Source: Patescibacteria group bacterium (GTDB lineage: Bacteria > Patescibacteriota > Patescibacteriia > UBA10025 > JAHIVO01). From it: DNA of 64,000 bases. A model generated the notes under the pieces. It saw only the letters and a program-made list of their open reading frames with translations. It made no database searches and was not told where the DNA came from. Below are positions 37,777 through 47,463 of the stretch, in pieces (the first letter of the stretch is position 1; every line of letters begins with the position of its first letter). A program made the translations under genes and the position numbers. The stretch spans positions 157,002-221,001 of the forward strand of contig JBMOKY010000001.1 in the NCBI GenBank assembly GCA_049325535.1, given 5' to 3'.

Positions 37777-38451
37777 TTATGAATTGCCGTGGGCAAGTAC
37801 CAGGCCCCAGACGCGGTGCACGCCATGCCGCTTGAGAACCGTTGCGCAGGCCGCCAGGGTAGCGGTTGTGGTAGCAACGTCGTCTATGAGTATAACATTT
37901 TTCAGTGTTTTTTTAAAGTCCACGCCGATGGTAAATGCTTCTTCCATATTTTTCCAACGTTCCGCCCGATTCATTTGCGCCTGCTGGCCGGTATATCGCG
38001 CACGTTTGAGTGCCTGAGACATCAGGGGCATGGCAAAGGCGGTTGCCACCAGCCGGGCAATGCGTTCCGATTGGTTGAAGCCCCGTTCGCAGAAACGCCG
38101 TCGGTGGAGCGGCACCGGAACGATTGATGTTTCTGGAACGTGCAGTATACGACTTGCAGCGCTCTTGTCAATCCGTAAGAGCGCCTCAGTCATGATGGAG
38201 CCGAGTGTGTCGGCAATAGCGCCGATGCCATTATATTTTGCCGTATGAATCAGCGCGTGTATAATCGGCTGGTCATACGTGGTAAGCGCAAAAACACCAT
38301 CGAGTGGCACATCCACAGGAATCGGTCGTGGAGTGAGCTGGATGGCGTGATGACATTGCCGGCAAAGCCAGGCGCCGGTTTGGCCGCAGCCGAGACAGTG
38401 GATGGGGAAGAGACAATCGGCAAGCCAAGTATAGAGCGTGTGTACAAACAT
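37777..38451 (-). CDS. comF: ComF-family phosphoribosyltransferase (competence protein ComFC-like)
   Basis: N-terminal Cys4 CLGCGQTGAWLCRQC and C-terminal PRTase motif VILIDDVATTTATL. Confidence 0.8.
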   Translation of the reverse strand: MFVHTLYTWLADCLFPIHCLGCGQTGAWLCRQCHHAIQLTPRPIPVDVPLDGVFALTTYDQPIIHALIHTAKYNGIGAIADTLGSIMTEALLRIDKSAASRILHVPETSIVPVPLHRRRFCERGFNQSERIARLVATAFAMPLMSQALKRARYTGQQAQMNRAERWKNMEEAFTIGVDFKKTLKNVILIDDVATTTATLAACATVLKRHGVHRVWGLVLAHGNS

Positions 38452-38503
38452 ACAAACCTTCCGGTTAACACAACGGGGAAGGTTTTCTTGATGGAGGGCT
38501 GAA

Positions 38504-41014
38504 TTATTTTATGACGATGTCGTTTCCTTTGGCGGTCACCTGCACAGTGGTTCCTGCTTGCAGCGTGCCGGCTAGCATCCGTTCGGCGATGGTATTTTCG
38601 ATATGTTCCTGCACGTGACGCCGGATGGCCCGGGCACCCTGGTTCGGTTGGAAGCTCTGTTCGGCGATAGCGTGTGCTGCGGCAGCACTGACTGATATTT
38701 TTATATTCTGTTTGGACAGTTTTTCCTGCAGCGCGGCAATCTGCAGCGCAACGATTTTTGTGAGCGTCCGTTTGTCCAGCGGTCGGTACACGATTATTTT
38801 ATCTATCCGGTTCAATAGTTCCGGGCGAAAGGTTTTTTCCAGATCCTGGAGTACTCGTTCCTTGATTTGCGCGTACTGCTTTTCTGCGTTTTCTTTGTCC
38901 ACTTTATTGTCAGCAGCAAATCCTATTTCCGCCCCTTTATTCAGATTGTGGATGCCGATATTGGACGTCATGATGATGATCGTATTTTTGAAATTGACGG
39001 TCCGCCCGGTCGCATCGGTGACATGCCCGTCTTCGAGGATTTGCAGCAGGATATTAAATACCTCTGGGTGGGCTTTTTCGATTTCATCGAAGAGTACTAC
39101 GGAGTAGGGTTTTCGCCGTACCGGTTCGGTCAATTTATTGCCCTCCTTATAGCCGACGTACCCAGCCGGCGCGCCGAGCAATTTCGACATATTGAACCCT
39201 TCGGCGAATTCTGACATATCGATGCGGATCAGCGCGTGCTCGTCTTCAAAAACCGTCCGTGCCAGCACCTTGGCCGTTTCCGTCTTACCGACGCCTGATG
39301 GTCCGAGAAACATGAACGAGGCAATCGGCCGGTTTGGGTCGGCTAATCCAACACGGGATCGGCGAATGCAGTCGGCGATGGCCTTCAGGGATTCATCTTG
39401 CCCGAGAACTGCGTCGCTCAATTCTTTTTCCAAATTGAGCAACCGTTGTTTTTCCTCGACAACCAGCTCGTGCAGCGGAATTTTGGTGATGCGCGAAATA
39501 ACCTCAGCTATGTCAGTGCGGGTTATCTTTCCGATGAATCGCTGGGCGGTTTGATCCTGTTTTTGGCGAAGCAGCGCCAGGCGTTCAATCAGTTTATTCT
39601 CTTGCGCTTTGGTCTGAAGTGCACGTTCGAAATTTTCTTTGTTGACCAGTGAATTTTTTTCATCCCGGATGCGCTCAATTTCTTTTTCCGTCTGATGGAT
39701 TTCCTTGAGCAGACCGTCGCTCTTGTGGGCAATCTTTATTTTCGAGGCGGCCTCATCGATCAGATCGATAGCTTTATCCGGTAAAAATTTATCCTGGATA
39801 TAGCGGGCGCTCATTTCCACCGCGGCTTGTATGGCGTCATCGCCGATGTGCACCAGATGGTATCGTTCATAATTTTCTTTTATGCCACGCAGCACCTCCG
39901 TGGTTTCTTCGGGCGTCGCCTCCTCGATGATGATAGGCTGGAAACGCCGCTCCAGTGCAGGATCTGATTCGATATGTTTGCGGTATTCATCGAGAGTGGT
40001 GGCGCCGATGGTGCGGATCTCACCCTTCGCCAGCGCTGGTTTCAGAATATTGGCCGCATCCATGGATCCGGCGGCTGACCCGGTACCGATGATCGTGTGA
40101 AGTTCGTCAATAAAAATGATGATGTGTGGATCTTTTTTTATCTCATCGATTATTTGTTTGAATCGGCCTTCAAATTCACCGCGATAAATAGTGCCCGCTA
40201 CCACCAGACTGAGATCAAGTTTGAGCACTCGTTTGTTGAGCAGTATGTCGGGCACATCACCCTGGATGATCTTTTTTGCCAATCCTTCGACGATGGCGGT
40301 TTTGCCGACGCCCGGTTCGCCGATGAGCACGGGATTATTTTTAGTCCGGCGAGAGAGGATATGGATCAAGCGTTCAATTTCCGCCGTGCGTCCAATGACC
40401 GGATCGATGCCTTTTTGCAGTTTGGCGTCAGTCAGGTCAGTGGCAAAAAAATCCAACGCCGGGGTTTTAGAATCATCCTTTTGCTTGTCTTCTTTCTCCA
40501 GTTCCTTGGCCTGCTCAAACATTTGCGTCAAATCAGGGAACCGGGATGTGCTACGCATGACCGAATCGAGATGTGAACTAATGGTGTTCAAATTTATATT
40601 ATTTTGTTCCCAGAGATCAACCATGGCCGGTGTATTCATCTGGATCAAACTCTCCAGAAGGTGTTCGGTACCGATGTATTTATGGTTATTTTGGTGGGCG
40701 ACCAAGGCGGCTTTTTCGATGGCTTTTTTTGTGTGAACGGAAAAAGTCACCGATTGGGGCTTGATCATGGCTGACGGCTGCTGGTCGCGAAGCGGTGATT
40801 GGTTATTTTTCAGGATGACAGTTCTCACCCGTTCGGTGGTCAGCCCTGATTTGACCAAGATTTCGGCGGCGATACTTCCTTTCTGCATGATCAGGCCATA
40901 GATGAGGTGTTCAGGATTGATGAAGGCCGTACCCAGGGAGACACACAGTTCGCGCGCTTTTTTTAGTGCGTTTTTCAGGTGGGTAGTGAATTTTTCTGTG
41001 ATCTTATTGTCCAT
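38504..41014 (-). CDS. clpC: Clp-family AAA+ chaperone ATPase, ClpC-type (two NBDs, double Clp_N, short M-domain)
   Basis: Walker [16 protein letters not shown] (aa ~232) and [15 protein letters not shown] (aa ~571). The ~339-aa spacing fits ClpC better than ClpB. Clp_N repeats at the N-terminus, 836 aa. Confidence 0.8.
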   Translation of the reverse strand: MDNKITEKFTTHLKNALKKARELCVSLGTAFINPEHLIYGLIMQKGSIAAEILVKSGLTTERVRTVILKNNQSPLRDQQPSAMIKPQSVTFSVHTKKAIEKAALVAHQNNHKYIGTEHLLESLIQMNTPAMVDLWEQNNINLNTISSHLDSVMRSTSRFPDLTQMFEQAKELEKEDKQKDDSKTPALDFFATDLTDAKLQKGIDPVIGRTAEIERLIHILSRRTKNNPVLIGEPGVGKTAIVEGLAKKIIQGDVPDILLNKRVLKLDLSLVVAGTIYRGEFEGRFKQIIDEIKKDPHIIIFIDELHTIIGTGSAAGSMDAANILKPALAKGEIRTIGATTLDEYRKHIESDPALERRFQPIIIEEATPEETTEVLRGIKENYERYHLVHIGDDAIQAAVEMSARYIQDKFLPDKAIDLIDEAASKIKIAHKSDGLLKEIHQTEKEIERIRDEKNSLVNKENFERALQTKAQENKLIERLALLRQKQDQTAQRFIGKITRTDIAEVISRITKIPLHELVVEEKQRLLNLEKELSDAVLGQDESLKAIADCIRRSRVGLADPNRPIASFMFLGPSGVGKTETAKVLARTVFEDEHALIRIDMSEFAEGFNMSKLLGAPAGYVGYKEGNKLTEPVRRKPYSVVLFDEIEKAHPEVFNILLQILEDGHVTDATGRTVNFKNTIIIMTSNIGIHNLNKGAEIGFAADNKVDKENAEKQYAQIKERVLQDLEKTFRPELLNRIDKIIVYRPLDKRTLTKIVALQIAALQEKLSKQNIKISVSAAAAHAIAEQSFQPNQGARAIRRHVQEHIENTIAERMLAGTLQAGTTVQVTAKGNDIVIK

Positions 41015-41279
41015 CGGTGTGTCTAGTATACGAATTTGTCGGGTGTATCGTCAAGGTAAACCACAAACGTGCATTGCACCCGAAAACAGCCGCGGATAGC
41101 ACCGCTGGCGCGTCGATGGTGCGCAGCCCGCATTTCAGGAAATCAGCAATCCGGTGATGATGGCGATGACTGCGGCGATGGCAGTCGTAATGAGTATCCC
41201 GAGTGAGATTTTCGTGGCGGTTGAGGTTTTTGTTTCAGTAATGGTTTCGATGGAGGGTGGCATATTTAAAGATGCGCTA

Positions 41280-42152
41280 TTACATGGCACGGAGTGCTTC
41301 GATGCGTTTGGCAATCGGCGGGTGGGTGGAAAAAAGATTGAAGGCGCCGCTTTTCAGGGGATTGGCGATAAATAGATGCGCAGTTGATTTAGTAGCTCGC
41401 TCTATGACACTGCCTTGGTCTCGGATTTTTTCTAGTGCCCGCGCCAGGCCCTCAGGGTAGCGGGTCAGCAGAACGCCCGAAGCATCCGCCAGATACTCTC
41501 TCCGGCGGGATACGGCAAATTTAATCAGTGGCGCCAAAACCGACGCTACAATCAGCAGCACCAGCCCGATTGCCAGCAGCGGCGTCCCCTCCCGTTTGCT
41601 TCTGCCCCCGGCAAATCCGAGACGCCAGAATAAGTCAGATAGCATGATGATGGTGCCGATGATGATGATGACGAGGGTCATGTAGCGGATGTCATAATTA
41701 CCGATGTGCGACAGCTCATGGGCGATGACCCCTTCCAGCTCTTCATTTTCCAGTTTTTGGATCGCGCCTTCAGTGATGGCTATGGATGCGTGTTTGGGGT
41801 CGCGACCAGTGGCGAAGGCATTGATATCCGGATCAGGAATGATATAGACTTTTGGCGCTGGCAAGCCAGCGGTGAGGGCTAGATTTTCCACCATGCGCAC
41901 CACGTATGGGTTTGCCTCTTTGGTAATAGGAACAGCGCCGGACAAACTGAGGGCTATTTTATCGCCGGTATAGTACCCGAAGAGGGCGGTGATGGTTGCG
42001 TATACCCCGGCGATGATCAGAAAAAACGATCCGCCGTCAGCATAATATCGGTCCAGAAAATATCCGATGGCGCCGAGTATTATGAGGCTCAGGATGACGA
42101 GGAGCCAGGAACGCCTCTTGTTCGCTGCAATGTGGGTGTATATAGTGGCCAT
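41280..42152 (-). CDS. htpX: zinc metalloprotease HtpX (M48)
   Basis: N-terminal TM helices, HELSHIGNYD (HExxH) and downstream REYLADASG. Confidence 0.85.
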   Translation of the reverse strand: MATIYTHIAANKRRSWLLVILSLIILGAIGYFLDRYYADGGSFFLIIAGVYATITALFGYYTGDKIALSLSGAVPITKEANPYVVRMVENLALTAGLPAPKVYIIPDPDINAFATGRDPKHASIAITEGAIQKLENEELEGVIAHELSHIGNYDIRYMTLVIIIIGTIIMLSDLFWRLGFAGGRSKREGTPLLAIGLVLLIVASVLAPLIKFAVSRRREYLADASGVLLTRYPEGLARALEKIRDQGSVIERATKSTAHLFIANPLKSGAFNLFSTHPPIAKRIEALRAM

Positions 42153-42209
42153 AGTTGAAATCGCGCGACTTGTGGTGAAGACGCGCGATGCGAAGGGTAA
42201 ATTGGGTGG

Positions 42210-42767
42210 TTAAAATTTGACCGCGACCGGCTCTCGCTCGCCTGCTTCTTCGATTTCGAAAAATTCGAATTTCTGGAATCCGAGCATGCCAGCAACCATG
42301 TTGTTGGGGAATACTTCAATTTTCGTATTGAAGTCACGCACGTTGCCATTGTAAAAGCGTCGCGCAGCCTGAATTTTGTTTTCAGTATCGGCGAGCTCGT
42401 CCTGTAGTTTGAGAAAGTTCTCGTTTGCTTTTAGTTGCGGATAATTTTCCGAGACAGCGAACAAGCTTTTCAGTGTATCCGAGAGCATGTTTTCTGCCTG
42501 GCCCTTTTCTGCGATACCCTGTGCACTCATGGCCTGTGAACGGGCTTGGGTGACCTTTTCAAATAACTCACGCTCGTGAGTAGCATACCCTTTGACTGTT
42601 TCGACCAAATTTGGAATCAGGTCATAGCGGCGTTTGAGTTGGACGTCGATATCCGCCCAGGCTTCCTTCGTCTGGTTACGAAATCGAATGAGGCCATTGT
42701 ACACGCCGATCAGCCACAGAATGGCGACCGCGAGTATCCCTATCACTATCCAGGCAATTGGTGACAT
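42210..42767 (-). CDS. lemA: LemA family protein
   Basis: N-terminal TM followed by the conserved GVYNGLIRFRNQTKEAWADIDVQLKRRYDLIPNLVETVKGYATHE. Confidence 0.85.
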   Translation of the reverse strand: MSPIAWIVIGILAVAILWLIGVYNGLIRFRNQTKEAWADIDVQLKRRYDLIPNLVETVKGYATHERELFEKVTQARSQAMSAQGIAEKGQAENMLSDTLKSLFAVSENYPQLKANENFLKLQDELADTENKIQAARRFYNGNVRDFNTKIEVFPNNMVAGMLGFQKFEFFEIEEAGEREPVAVKF

Positions 42768-42794
42768 ATGGTTGTTTAAAAAAATATTAGATCT

Positions 42795-43307
42795 TTAATT
42801 AGATACCGGGGAAATGAGAAGTGTAAAACTAAGGGCGGAAATTACGTTTTGATCAGAGATGTCAGTGTCGGATTGGAATGTCACCCGCTGGCCGGTGAGC
42901 AGGTCGCCTATGGAAATTTCCTGGCGATTTGCCCCCTCACTATCGGCTGATGAAGAGGTAACGTCCCAGCGGATCACGGGTATGTCATCACCGATACGAA
43001 CCGTTACTGTTTTTTGAATTGTGTCATTACCCTCGCGGATAGGAATTTGTATAGTGACCTGGCGATCCGAGGTGTGTACCTCCTGGATGACGCCGGACCA
43101 GCTGAATGTACGTGCTCCGAGAACTACCGGGTGTGCCGAGGGGACGCTGACTACCGGTATTGGTGAGGTTTCTTTATCAGAACGATTGCTGGCTACAAAA
43201 TAACTGATCGATGCCGCGGCCACAATCAACACCATGATAGCGATTGAACCGTACACCGCTGGTTTTGACCAGCCATAGATATTGTCTTTTGAGGTTCTCA
43301 GAGGCAT
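42795..43307 (-). CDS. hypothetical membrane-anchored protein (170 aa)
   Basis: Single TM SIAIMVLIVAAASISYFVA and no recognisable motif. Confidence 0.5.
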   Translation of the reverse strand: MPLRTSKDNIYGWSKPAVYGSIAIMVLIVAAASISYFVASNRSDKETSPIPVVSVPSAHPVVLGARTFSWSGVIQEVHTSDRQVTIQIPIREGNDTIQKTVTVRIGDDIPVIRWDVTSSSADSEGANRQEISIGDLLTGQRVTFQSDTDISDQNVISALSFTLLISPVSN

Positions 43308-43319
43308 CGAAGTATCAGT

Positions 43320-43354
43320 TGACTTTATGGCTAAATTATGTTACTATTAAGTGG
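43320..43354 (+). promoter_or_regulatory. candidate sigma70 promoter (TTGACT-17 nt-TACTAT) in the AT-rich region upstream of the giant-protein array
   Basis: TTGACT at 43320-43325 and TACTAT 17 nt downstream. The region also carries inverted repeats (GTTGA-N4-TCAAC, TTGCAA). Confidence 0.3.
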
Positions 43355-43473
43355 AATTTGAGCTCCGCAATGTATTGTAATTATTGCAATTAAATGTTGA
43401 TTTGTCAACAATTGTCTGAGAAAAGCATTTGCGGGAATATATAGAAAAAAGCCGGTAATTAGGGGGTATTATT

Positions 43474-46400
43474 GTGCAAAACTCAATAAAAAATAAGACC
43501 TCATTCATTAATAGGGCTAATATTGGCCTATTTTTTATTTTTTTCTTTTTATTAGCCTTTTTTTTGGCAGATAGTGTATTTGCACAGCTTGACCCCAGCG
43601 CTCCTCCACCCGAGAATAATACCCCGGAGCTCATCCGTATAGATGAAACAAGCCAGGCAAAGAGCGGAGCGCTGCGTTTTGGTACTGACGATGCTACCTC
43701 ACCATTCACTTACCAGCTGGAGGTATTGGGATCCGGCGCCCAATTGAGTAATGCCATGGTGGATAATGAACTGTCGGTCAACCAATCAAACCGTACGCTT
43801 TTTGTGGATCCGGTTACTCATCGGGTGTGTGTCGGGGAATGCATCGATGATGCTGATTCGGTGCTGCAGGTCGGTGATGGTCGAGTGCATGTATCAGGGG
43901 TGGATGATACGGGCATCCAGGGGATGAGCCAGGCTGATATCGGACTGTACGGCTCTGGCGCGACCTATGGAGTCCAGGGGGTTTCCTCAAATCCTTTGGG
44001 CTATGGCATGTGGGCTGTCAGCACATTGAGTTCGGCGCTGATCGGGTCGCATACCGGGGTCGTGCCCGCATACAGTTCAGTGGCAGGGTTTAGTGATACT
44101 GGAGTTGCCATCTATGGTGCAAATACAAACCTAAACAATTTATGGTCATCATATTTTTCAGGGATAGTCGAGTCGAGTGAAATAATTTCAGCGGCAAAAG
44201 TACTTGCGACTGAACCTGGTCAGTCGTTCATCCCCTACACAGCGGGACAGTTGGCTGGGCAGTATTTTACTCAGTATTATCCAGGTCGTCTCGCCACCGA
44301 TGGCCGTTTTCTCTGGATAGCCCAGATGGGCAACTATCATGACTATTTACTGCAGGTGGATAAGGGAACCGGAACCATCATTGCTCGATTTGCACTGGGG
44401 CCAGCTCAGGATTTGATATACGACCCTGTTCACCAGTACATTTGGCAGGCCTCGGAGACGTATTCGGGCAGCATTGGGTATGTGGACGTGACTACGGGTA
44501 CTGGTGCGCGCCGCACTGTCCGCGATACTGATGGTCATGGCACATGCCCATTTGGCTTTATCGTGCGCGATCCAAATGATGCGGATATTCTCTGGGCATT
44601 GCAGTCTGGAGGAAACTGTTTTGGTCGTGATTATTATGATCGACTGCTCAAATTAAGCATTGCGGATTTAGCTGATAATCCGACGACCTGGGAACCGCTT
44701 GCCCGCTATGACATCGTGCACGATGAAGCTCCGACCGCACCCTTTACCGAAGGTCCTCGTGCCCTCACATTTGATACTGACACCAATACGGTGTGGGCAG
44801 CTTTTTTAAATAATGATGCCGTCTATAGAATAGATGCCGCCGATCCGGGAAACGGCGACACGCTGGTTACCTCAGCCGATTATACACGATATGACGTACC
44901 GGGCCCGACTGACCTCGCGGTTGATCCAGACCATCAGTATGTATGGGTATCAGCTGACGACAGTGGCACCGATAATGATGGGGCGTACTATATTGATATC
45001 TCTGCCGGGACAGTATCAGGCCGGATCATTACCGCCACCGGCGCAGTCGGACCTCAGGCGATCACCTATGACGGGACGAATGTGTGGGTGGCAACATATG
45101 ACGGGAGCACTGGCGTGGCTGACCGGTTCTCTGCCGGAAGCCCCGGGGCCGTCACCCATTTCTCCATTTCGGGAAACCGGTCGTATCGCGATATCCTGTA
45201 TGATCCGGTAGTGGAGGAGGTGTGGGTCCCGAGTTGGTATGGCAATTCGGTCAGCGGACTGAGCGTCAGCGACGGCAGCGTCCAACAGTTCTATGATTAT
45301 AGTGCTCGGGGATTTTCCGTACGGCATCATGACGGTACGTACGTCTGGCTGACGCGTAACGCTGAGGTATATAAGGTGCGGGCTGCAGACGGATTCATCG
45401 TATTTCGGGTGTCACTCGCCGGTACGCCGAGCGACGTGCTTTTTGATGCCAATGCCGTTTGGGTCACCGACAGCGACTCGGATATGGTATATAAACTTGA
45501 TCCCTATGACGGGTCGACAGTCTGCTCTCTGAGTTTGCAGGCTGGTGATGCACCGGTGAGTATCGTATTTGATGGGCGGACGTACTGGCTTACTGCCACG
45601 GGTTCGGGAGATGTAGTACAGGTAAGCAATACCTGCGGTGAATTGCAGCGGATACACGTGACCGCCACACCGCAGTCGCTGGGGCGCATAGTATACAATG
45701 GTAGCTATCTGTGGGTGGTTGCCAGCGCCGATAATGGCCTGATCAATATCAATCCCGCGACGGGCAATGCCGTGCTGTGGGATAACCTGGTTGGCGTAGA
45801 GCCGAGCGACATTTTTTATGATAATTATAATTATTGGGTGGCAAATCGGGGCACTAATTCCGTCACCGCATTTTATCTGACCGATGCCAAGCATTGTTCA
45901 CTTGATCAGTCGATGACGTGCAGCACGGACGCTGATTGCGGATCAAACGGCGGTTGTTTTGCCGATCCGCAATCGCGAGGCAGTTTCTCAGTGGGAAACG
46001 AGCCGGTGGCTGTCACTTTTGACGGTACGTACGTGTGGACGGCAAATGCATCAGGCAGCAGTCTGACTCGGCTGCTGGCGGCCGATCCGACAGTCCGTGA
46101 AGATGTTCCGCTTACTTTCTCACCTTTGGGATTATTGTTTGATAAGACGTACCTGTGGAGTACCGGTACCGGGAGTGCCGGGGATGTCGGTTTGGTAAAA
46201 TTATTCAGCGGGGTCGGGTATGGTACTGATTCGACAACCGATGGGTTAGCGCTCCAATCCGCGAGTCCCCTCACCTGGCAGCGCGGAAGCTACAGCATAT
46301 CCGGCGACGCCCGGGTGGGACAGTCAGTGAATATCGCGGGCGATCTGGATGGTGATAATAATTGGGGCGAGGCAGCAAGTGGTGATGCGATATTTAATAC

Positions 46401-47463
46401 GAATCTGGTGGTCTGGGACGGCATCAATGCATTACCTGATGGCGGGCATGACGTGCAGGCACTCATTCGAGCGTCTGACGGGTCGCTCTATGCTGGTGCG
46501 GTGACCGTGGCCGGCGCTCGCGTATTTAAATCGACGGACAATGGGGCTAGCTGGGTCAATACCGGTGGGCCAGCCAGCGGTACCCAGATTGATGCGCTGT
46601 ATGAGGCGAGCAATGGTGACCTATATGCCGGTACTGGTGGCGGCAACATCGGGTATATTTTCCGCAGCACTGACCAGGGAGCGACGTGGCCATTACTCCG
46701 CATGCTCAATGGCCAGGGTCCGGTCACGGCATTTCTCGAAGATGATGCTGATAATTTATATGCCGCGGCAGGTTTTGGCGCGACCGCGTATGTCTATAAA
46801 TCAACGGATGGGGGCGGCACGTGGAACAATACCGGGGCCATCGCCAATGCCACAAATATTTATGATTTGATACAGATCGATGACGGATCAATTTTAGCAG
46901 CCACCGGAAATGTCAACGGTAATGTGATGAGGACGACTGATCGGGGAGCCACCTGGATCGATACGGGTAATCTAGCCGGCGTGGATATCGTCCATGATAT
47001 CATCCAAGCAGCGGATGGATCGCTCTATGCCGGCGTGCATACCGGAGTCAGTGGTAATGTCGTATTTCGGTCCACGAATCGCGGCACCTCATGGGGATTG
47101 GTCGGCGCGGCTCCCGGCGCGGTTCAGGGATACTCTCTGACGCAGACCAGCGACGGTGCGCTGTACCTGGGTGCCGCTGTCGGGGTTGGGTCGAGTCAGC
47201 TGTATCGGTCGGCAAACAATGGCACTTCCTGGACAGAGGTATCAGGCCTGCCGGGCGGCGCCACCGCGTACGTCATCGTCAGTTCAGACGGGGCGCCGCG
47301 CTATAATCTGTATGTTGGTTTGTCGAGTACGAGCGGCGTCGCATCCGGTGAATTCGGTCCGCTACCTGCTGGTACGTACAATTGTCCCGAGGGGCATTTT
47401 GTGACCAATATCGAAACCAATGATTCGGACCAAGTCGTATTAATAGAGTGTCGACCACTTTAA
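43474..47463 (+). CDS. giant secreted surface protein, family A member 1 (1329 aa). It has YVTN/NHL-like beta-propeller repeats, a C-terminal BNR/Asp-box (sialidase-like) repeat array and a conserved C-terminal Cys-loop tag
   Basis: GTG start with an AGGGGG RBS. Signal peptide, then N-terminal QAKSGALRF and NRTLFVDP motifs. Repeats FDGTYVWTANASG and FDGRTYWLTATGSGD. BNR repeats STDNGASW, STDQGATW, STDGGGTW, TTDRGATW, STNRGTSW, SANNGTSW. Ends NCPEGHFVTNIE...ECRPL. Confidence 0.8.
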   Translation: MQNSIKNKTSFINRANIGLFFIFFFLLAFFLADSVFAQLDPSAPPPENNTPELIRIDETSQAKSGALRFGTDDATSPFTYQLEVLGSGAQLSNAMVDNELSVNQSNRTLFVDPVTHRVCVGECIDDADSVLQVGDGRVHVSGVDDTGIQGMSQADIGLYGSGATYGVQGVSSNPLGYGMWAVSTLSSALIGSHTGVVPAYSSVAGFSDTGVAIYGANTNLNNLWSSYFSGIVESSEIISAAKVLATEPGQSFIPYTAGQLAGQYFTQYYPGRLATDGRFLWIAQMGNYHDYLLQVDKGTGTIIARFALGPAQDLIYDPVHQYIWQASETYSGSIGYVDVTTGTGARRTVRDTDGHGTCPFGFIVRDPNDADILWALQSGGNCFGRDYYDRLLKLSIADLADNPTTWEPLARYDIVHDEAPTAPFTEGPRALTFDTDTNTVWAAFLNNDAVYRIDAADPGNGDTLVTSADYTRYDVPGPTDLAVDPDHQYVWVSADDSGTDNDGAYYIDISAGTVSGRIITATGAVGPQAITYDGTNVWVATYDGSTGVADRFSAGSPGAVTHFSISGNRSYRDILYDPVVEEVWVPSWYGNSVSGLSVSDGSVQQFYDYSARGFSVRHHDGTYVWLTRNAEVYKVRAADGFIVFRVSLAGTPSDVLFDANAVWVTDSDSDMVYKLDPYDGSTVCSLSLQAGDAPVSIVFDGRTYWLTATGSGDVVQVSNTCGELQRIHVTATPQSLGRIVYNGSYLWVVASADNGLININPATGNAVLWDNLVGVEPSDIFYDNYNYWVANRGTNSVTAFYLTDAKHCSLDQSMTCSTDADCGSNGGCFADPQSRGSFSVGNEPVAVTFDGTYVWTANASGSSLTRLLAADPTVREDVPLTFSPLGLLFDKTYLWSTGTGSAGDVGLVKLFSGVGYGTDSTTDGLALQSASPLTWQRGSYSISGDARVGQSVNIAGDLDGDNNWGEAASGDAIFNTNLVVWDGINALPDGGHDVQALIRASDGSLYAGAVTVAGARVFKSTDNGASWVNTGGPASGTQIDALYEASNGDLYAGTGGGNIGYIFRSTDQGATWPLLRMLNGQGPVTAFLEDDADNLYAAAGFGATAYVYKSTDGGGTWNNTGAIANATNIYDLIQIDDGSILAATGNVNGNVMRTTDRGATWIDTGNLAGVDIVHDIIQAADGSLYAGVHTGVSGNVVFRSTNRGTSWGLVGAAPGAVQGYSLTQTSDGALYLGAAVGVGSSQLYRSANNGTSWTEVSGLPGGATAYVIVSSDGAPRYNLYVGLSSTSGVASGEFGPLPAGTYNCPEGHFVTNIETNDSDQVVLIECRPL

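Noticed and set aside
41060-41085. GTGCA-T-TGCAC palindrome upstream of clpC as a CtsR or HrcA operator
   Set aside because: It matches neither the CtsR heptad direct-repeat consensus nor CIRCE. It is a short palindrome of unknown significance.
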